Source: Paraphysomonas bandaiensis (Eukaryota > Protista > Chrysophyceae). Taken from it: a stretch of 14,012 bases of DNA. The notes under the pieces were generated by a model. It saw only the letters and a program-made list of their open reading frames with translations. It did not search any database and was not told the DNA's origin. The position numbers and the translations under genes are program-made. Shown in pieces: positions 9,727 through 14,012 of the stretch. Location of the stretch: the NCBI GenBank assembly GCA_965644295.1, contig CBFFRP010000098.1, positions 1 to 14,012 of the forward strand, in the 5' to 3' direction. Within the stretch, counting starts at the first letter, position 1, and every line of letters begins with the position of its first letter.

Positions 9727-10116
9727 ATGATCTCAAACGAATCGTTTTCACGCGACTGTGAACTTCGTTCGTCCAAAATTCAGTATACGCGGTCGGCTTA
9801 TTTCAACAAGTGGTTGATGCGTATTCTCGGTACAAATATTCACTGTACACATAAACAACAAAACCTTCGAGGACTCAACCGATTCGATCTATACTTTTGT
9901 GCACATCCCAAACATAGGGATTGGTTGTCCTACAACGAGATAGGAATGGTGATTGATCGATTCAATTTGATCGACCGTGTATTCACACATAACAAACCAC
10001 AGCGACGGAAAAACTTCTTTACGTATAGTGTCGTATTACAGTGTATAGTGGATGATTTGAATCTGATGGCGAAGATCCCTTTTCCAATACACACTCTCGA
10101 TTTATCCAATAAATGA
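9727..10116 (+). CDS. Compact VLTF3-like (poxvirus A2 family) viral late transcription factor; possibly truncated by a TGA (the frame stays open to TAG at 10174-10176)
   Basis: YTRSAYFNKWL (cf. YKR.NHFNEWL), LSYNEIGMVIDRFNLIDRVF (cf. LS.E.E..L...F..IQ.PF) and RRKNFFTYSVVLQCIVDDLNL (cf. RKNFLSYSYVLYK...LL). The first ATG is at 9727; the ORF track start at 9634 is a non-ATG codon next to the foldback element. Confidence 0.75.
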   Translation: MISNESFSRDCELRSSKIQYTRSAYFNKWLMRILGTNIHCTHKQQNLRGLNRFDLYFCAHPKHRDWLSYNEIGMVIDRFNLIDRVFTHNKPQRRKNFFTYSVVLQCIVDDLNLMAKIPFPIHTLDLSNK

Positions 10117-10187
10117 ACCCATGCAAACCAGGTCGCTTTAATTACAGCGATATTAAATGGGAAAATCCCTGATTAGTCATGGGTTTT

Positions 10188-10354
10188 TCATTGGTTTTTC
10201 TTGGTAAGATTGGATGCCACTTTAATTCCGATTGCGTGTTGCTTCTTGGACACCACCTTACCGTGCTTGTTTTTCATTAAATTTGATTTTTAAGACCACC
10301 CGCCGTCCTATCTGCGGTTCCGTGCCAAACTTGTAATTTTGTTCCAACAGTCAT
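10188..10354 (-). pseudogene. DVNP: DVNP (dinoflagellate/viral nucleoprotein), 55 aa once a 1-nt homopolymer deletion is repaired
   Basis: From the ATG at 10354: MTVGTKLQVWHGTADRTAGGLK. Adding one base to the T5 run at 10287-10291 continues it as KSNLMKNKHGKVVSKKQHAIGIKVASNLTKKNQ*. This matches the viral DVNP signature GS..QVWHG.A..T.GGL.K.DL.KNK.G.IVSKK.H. Absent from the ORF track. Confidence 0.9.
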
Positions 10355-10432
10355 TTTATTATATTTTTACAATAAGTCAAGTAAAAATGAGCTTACTCGT
10401 ATATATTATTTGCATATTATATAGTTTATCAA

Positions 10433-10699
10433 ATGACAACAACTATGTCCGATTCTATCAAGAAAAAGCGGCGGGAGTACATGCGGCGATACCATGCAAA
10501 GTACCCTGATCGACTCAAGGTGATACAGCGGGAGTCTAATCGGAAATATAACGAAAAACAGAAAGCTCTATTGGGTGTCGAAAAGTTTAATGAAAATCGC
10601 CGTAGATGGATGAGAAACCATTATGCTCGAAGGAAAAAGGAGATTGCAGAGTTTCGAGAATACAAAAAAACTATGTTGCGTAAAAAAACTGACGATTGA
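10433..10699 (+). CDS. Small Lys/Arg-rich helical protein, putative DNA-binding protein of the viral element
   Basis: 88 aa with an ATG start, divergent from DVNP across a 78-bp AT-rich spacer. Internal repeat RREYMRRYHAK / RRRWMRNHYAR, a pattern common in small proteins of eukaryotic DNA viruses and transposons. Confidence 0.6.
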   Translation: MTTTMSDSIKKKRREYMRRYHAKYPDRLKVIQRESNRKYNEKQKALLGVEKFNENRRRWMRNHYARRKKEIAEFREYKKTMLRKKTDD

Positions 10700-10706
10700 T
10701 TTGTGC

Positions 10707-11009
10707 TAAATTTTATACTTTTTGTAAACAATTGTGGGTGATCCTCCTCCACCCATTTATATATTTTTCATAATTATATAAAAAAATGAATTTCATTTGA
10801 GAGCCATTTATTTCCATTCTCAAAAGTTGCAGTGCATGTTGGATGGGTATAAATTTTATACTTTTTGTAAACAATCGTGTGTGATCCTCCTCCACTCATT
10901 TATATATTTTTCATAATTATATAAAAAAATGAATTTCATTTGAGAGCCATTTATTTCCATTCTCAAAAGTTGCAATGCATGTTGGATGGGTATAAATTTT
11001 ATACTTTTG
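10707..11009 (+). repeat. 143-bp tandem repeat (two near-identical copies plus the start of a third), candidate replication origin or regulatory region
   Basis: Units start at 10707, 10850 and 10993 and differ by only a few substitutions. Unit junctions form the palindrome GTATAAA-T-TTTATAC, and each unit has a very AT-rich core. Confidence 0.9.
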
Positions 11010-11088
11010 ATAAAATCATTTGAGTTCCATTTTCATTTTTAATCACAACACACAACTGTTTGACCCCCCACCATCATTTCTTACAAAG

Positions 11089-14012
11089 ATGTCGTCCAGC
11101 AGCAATCAGAAACAGAAGTGTCCGCATTGTCAAAAAATGATTAAAGACGTTCGAGGTCATATTATGCGGCAGCACCCGGGTTTCACCGCAACGGTCAATT
11201 CTACTGAATTGCCATCAAATATTAAGACCACATCAAATCCATGGGAACTAGGTTACTTGCCATCCCCTCGTACGGACATCGGTAGTGATGAAACCATGTG
11301 GTCACCCCATAACCCATTTGGGTTAACTATGCCGAAAACTGTTCCATCAATTTACGTAGGCCGAGGAAAAATAAAAACATTTGAGATAACCGATCGTTCG
11401 TTATTGAGGGGTATCATTAATTTGAGTTCGAGCAACCAAGAGAAATCGTCGTCAAGCGAATATGTACGACAAGAGACAATTGCACAGCTTGCACAGCGAA
11501 TGTACGATCTCCAAGAAACGGATAATGAAAATCCCGAGCTCGGTCGTGTCAAAACTTCGTACAAACACGCCATACATGAATTTGGTCGAATCATTGAAAT
11601 GTTATCGGCAAGTTTGTCAACAGTAAAACGATCTTACCGACACACATTATGCCGGATAATCTATGTAGACTTCGATTTTGTTTGTTGTATGCCCACCATA
11701 ATGTTGGCATTTGCGGCGCGATACCAAATCAAATGTCCGAGATTGCGAGCATATTGTGAAAATCCCAAGAAACTACGTGTCGAAATCGCACGCCATCACT
11801 TTCCAGCTATGTGTGAAGAAAAAACTACAGTTGAAATATTGAAAATGTATAATGACACGGCAAAATCGCTTCCCATTCGTCTGGCGTTCGGGGGAACCTA
11901 TCGGCAATGGCGTGAAGATTTTGAAATTGATAAATCTATTCGTGAGATGTCATTTGTGAATGATCTTCAACGTGAATTGAATCAACTCATGACATTGATA
12001 TATAACAACAACCCTCATATTCGAAAGGCATATGCCGAGCTTCGTCCCGAAAAAACTAAGTCCCAATTGAAACGATCAATCAATTCTTTATTTTTTAGTA
12101 GCATTGAAAAGGTGGTACAAGAAGATGCGACGATGTTTCTTTATCACGCATATCCGACGATTGAACGTGGAAGTATTGTGCCATGCCAAGATGGAATGAT
12201 GCTCCGTGTCAATGATGTTCGCGACGATATGCTCCAACGGGTGAATGAATACCTGGAGCTAAAGTATGGATACGGGCTCACTCTGATTGATAAACCTTTT
12301 GACGAAGCCATGGACGACATTCCCCGAGATGCGAGTATCAATGCCGTACCTGCGCCGAATATGACTGAAGAATTGAAACGATATTTCGATGTCGACACTG
12401 GTGACATCAAAATCATAACTGAAGATTCAAAGTATCTTTCTCAAGAGGGTACTCCATTTGAGGACGACATTTTTGATGATTCGAAATACCTCATTCTTAG
12501 TTCATATATGGGTACTGGGAAATCAACTGCGATGCGGAGACTGATTGATCATATGTTTAGCGATGAATTAGAACTTGTATGGGAGAAGGAAAAACAGGTG
12601 TATCGACGAAGGAATGATGATAGCAACTATAAGTCGCGTGGTGTTTACTGCAATGAACCACCACGTAGGAGCATTTTACAAGTATCACCGAGGCGGTTGT
12701 TTACACATCATTGCGAATCTTGCAATCACTTTGATAGTTACCTCTCGATTGAACGTGGTCCCAACGATTGTGAAACATTTATTTGTCAAGTGGAATCGTT
12801 GCTAGCTAAAACGAGTAACATCACATACAAATGTATCCTTCTCGATGAAATTGAGGAAATCTTGGCTCAGTTTTCAAGTCCGACGATGAAACAACATATT
12901 GATACTTGGAATTTATTGGTAAATCATATGCAAGGGGCGGATAAAGTCATCATTGCGGATGCATATATCACCCAACGAACCATTTCATTTGTAAATTCGG
13001 TGGCGGGTTCGTTGAGTGGTGTCACCATGATCCGAAATACAACATTGCCAAGTAATCAAACGGCAATCATAGTAAAGGATGATATCATGAATGAAGTATT
13101 CCTTCATAACTTGAGTCAGGATAAACGGATATATGCCGTGTTTTCTACAAAAACTCGAATGAAATCGGTGAATTCTATGATAGCCAAACACTTCAAAGAT
13201 AAAAAAGTACTTGTTTACAAGGGGGGTCAAGGGCGCGAAATGAAAGAGTCCGTATTTAATATAAACACGACGTGGGCGGAAGTGGATATAGTTCTCACAA
13301 CCCCCGCTTTAACCGTGGGCAATAGCTATTCACCAGACGACAAATCCTTTTGGTTTGATTGCACGTTTGCGTTTAATTTTGATAGAAGTGCCTGCGTGCG
13401 AACTGCAAACCAAATGATGTGGCGGAACCGACACACCAAAGAGAACAAGATATATGTATCGTTCCAGGAAAGTAAACAAATTCGTTTCAAAGGTAGTAAG
13501 CCGGATGAGCTATTGCATGAGTTATTTGAGTCACGTCGCCACGCGGATGAAAAACAATCTAAAATACAATCTATTCGGCGGTACTGTGAAAAGTGTGCAA
13601 AAGAGGCGTACGATGCGGGGGACTATGTGACGGGCAATCAGTTTACCAGTGTTTTTATGTTTTCCGGAAGCGATGAATGCTCTAATGCACCAGTTGCCTT
13701 ATACGACAAACGCTCCTTTATACATATTACGAGACCACTTTGTCAAATATGACATATAGAGCCATGTATCACGAGTACCTTAAAAGGGCCGGTTATGCTA
13801 TTCGGCCATATGATGGGAAGGAACTGTGTAAACAGAAAACAGAAAAAGAAGAGAGCACTGCGTATTCTATGACACCTTCTGTGCGAAATTGTGATATTTA
13901 TTGCAAAATGATACAATTGCGGAATAAAGACAACGCGACGGGTTTCGAATTGATGCAGATCAAAAAATATCAATTTGATCAAAGTACGAGTAAATGTCGA
14001 GCCGCAGAGCAT
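11089..14012 (+). CDS. Viral replication protein: C2H2 zinc finger + PolA-family TVpol polymerase/primase + UL9-like (origin-binding) SF2 helicase; frameshifted near 13702, 3'-partial
   Basis: ATG at 11089. Zinc finger CPHCQKMIKDVRGHIMRQH. TVpol motifs: FGR...SLSTVKRSYRHTL, YVDFDFVCCMPTIM (motif A), AKSLPIRLAFGG (B), IVPCQDGMML (C). Helicase motifs: SYMGTGKS (near 12511), VSPRR, CQVESL, LLDEIEEILAQFSSPTM, IIADA, TTPALTVGNSY, QMMWRNR. A second frame is open from 13704 to the window end (RQTLLYTYYETTLSN...YLKRAGY...ATGFELMQIKKYQF). Confidence 0.85.

Larger units (their letters stand above)
9634..14012. mobile_element. Endogenous viral element related to Nucleocytoviricota or Polinton-like viruses (partial)
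   Basis: A tightly packed, intronless VLTF3 + DVNP + basic protein + TVpol-helicase cassette next to eukaryotic TE debris. No capsid, packaging ATPase or integrase lies inside the window, and the left boundary is uncertain. Confidence 0.75.

Noticed and set aside
10713-10895. 60-aa minus-strand ORF
   Set aside because: It lies within the 143-bp tandem repeat, has a non-ATG start and shows no motif.
11020-11088. ORF track start of the 910-aa protein
   Set aside because: It is a TTG start in a eukaryotic or viral context; the first ATG at 11089 is the more plausible start.
11352-14012. Short ORFs overlapping the replicase gene (11352-11594, 12144-12416, 12575-12805, 12985-13230, 13743-14012) and 9003-9236 within the CR gene
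   Set aside because: These are antisense or alternate-frame shadows of well-supported genes, with no recognisable motifs.

Overview
AT-rich eukaryotic nuclear DNA, probably from a stramenopile (inferred from the style of an RPL13A C-terminus), in two very different halves. Left (1-~7000): decayed sequence that looks CpG-poor by eye. It holds a Ty1/copia RT-RNase H remnant, a RING-finger pseudogene, a foldback/MITE-like element, two remnants of one unknown coding family, an orphan 3' fragment of RPL13A/uL13 and a tandem pair of structured 136-bp units. Right (7045-14012): intronless, gene-dense sequence that keeps its CpGs. It starts with an intact Crinkler-type NTPase + PD-(D/E)xK nuclease + HhH gene and a foldback element carrying (TAACCC)n. 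Next comes an endogenous virus-like cassette: a compact VLTF3-like late transcription factor, a DVNP (dinoflagellate/viral nucleoprotein) gene missed by the ORF track because of a 1-nt frameshift, a small basic protein and a 143-bp tandem repeat with palindromes (candidate origin). The cassette ends in a large C2H2 finger + PolA-family TVpol + UL9-like SF2 helicase fusion that continues past a 2-nt frameshift to the window end. All family calls come from recognising motifs by eye; no database searches were run.
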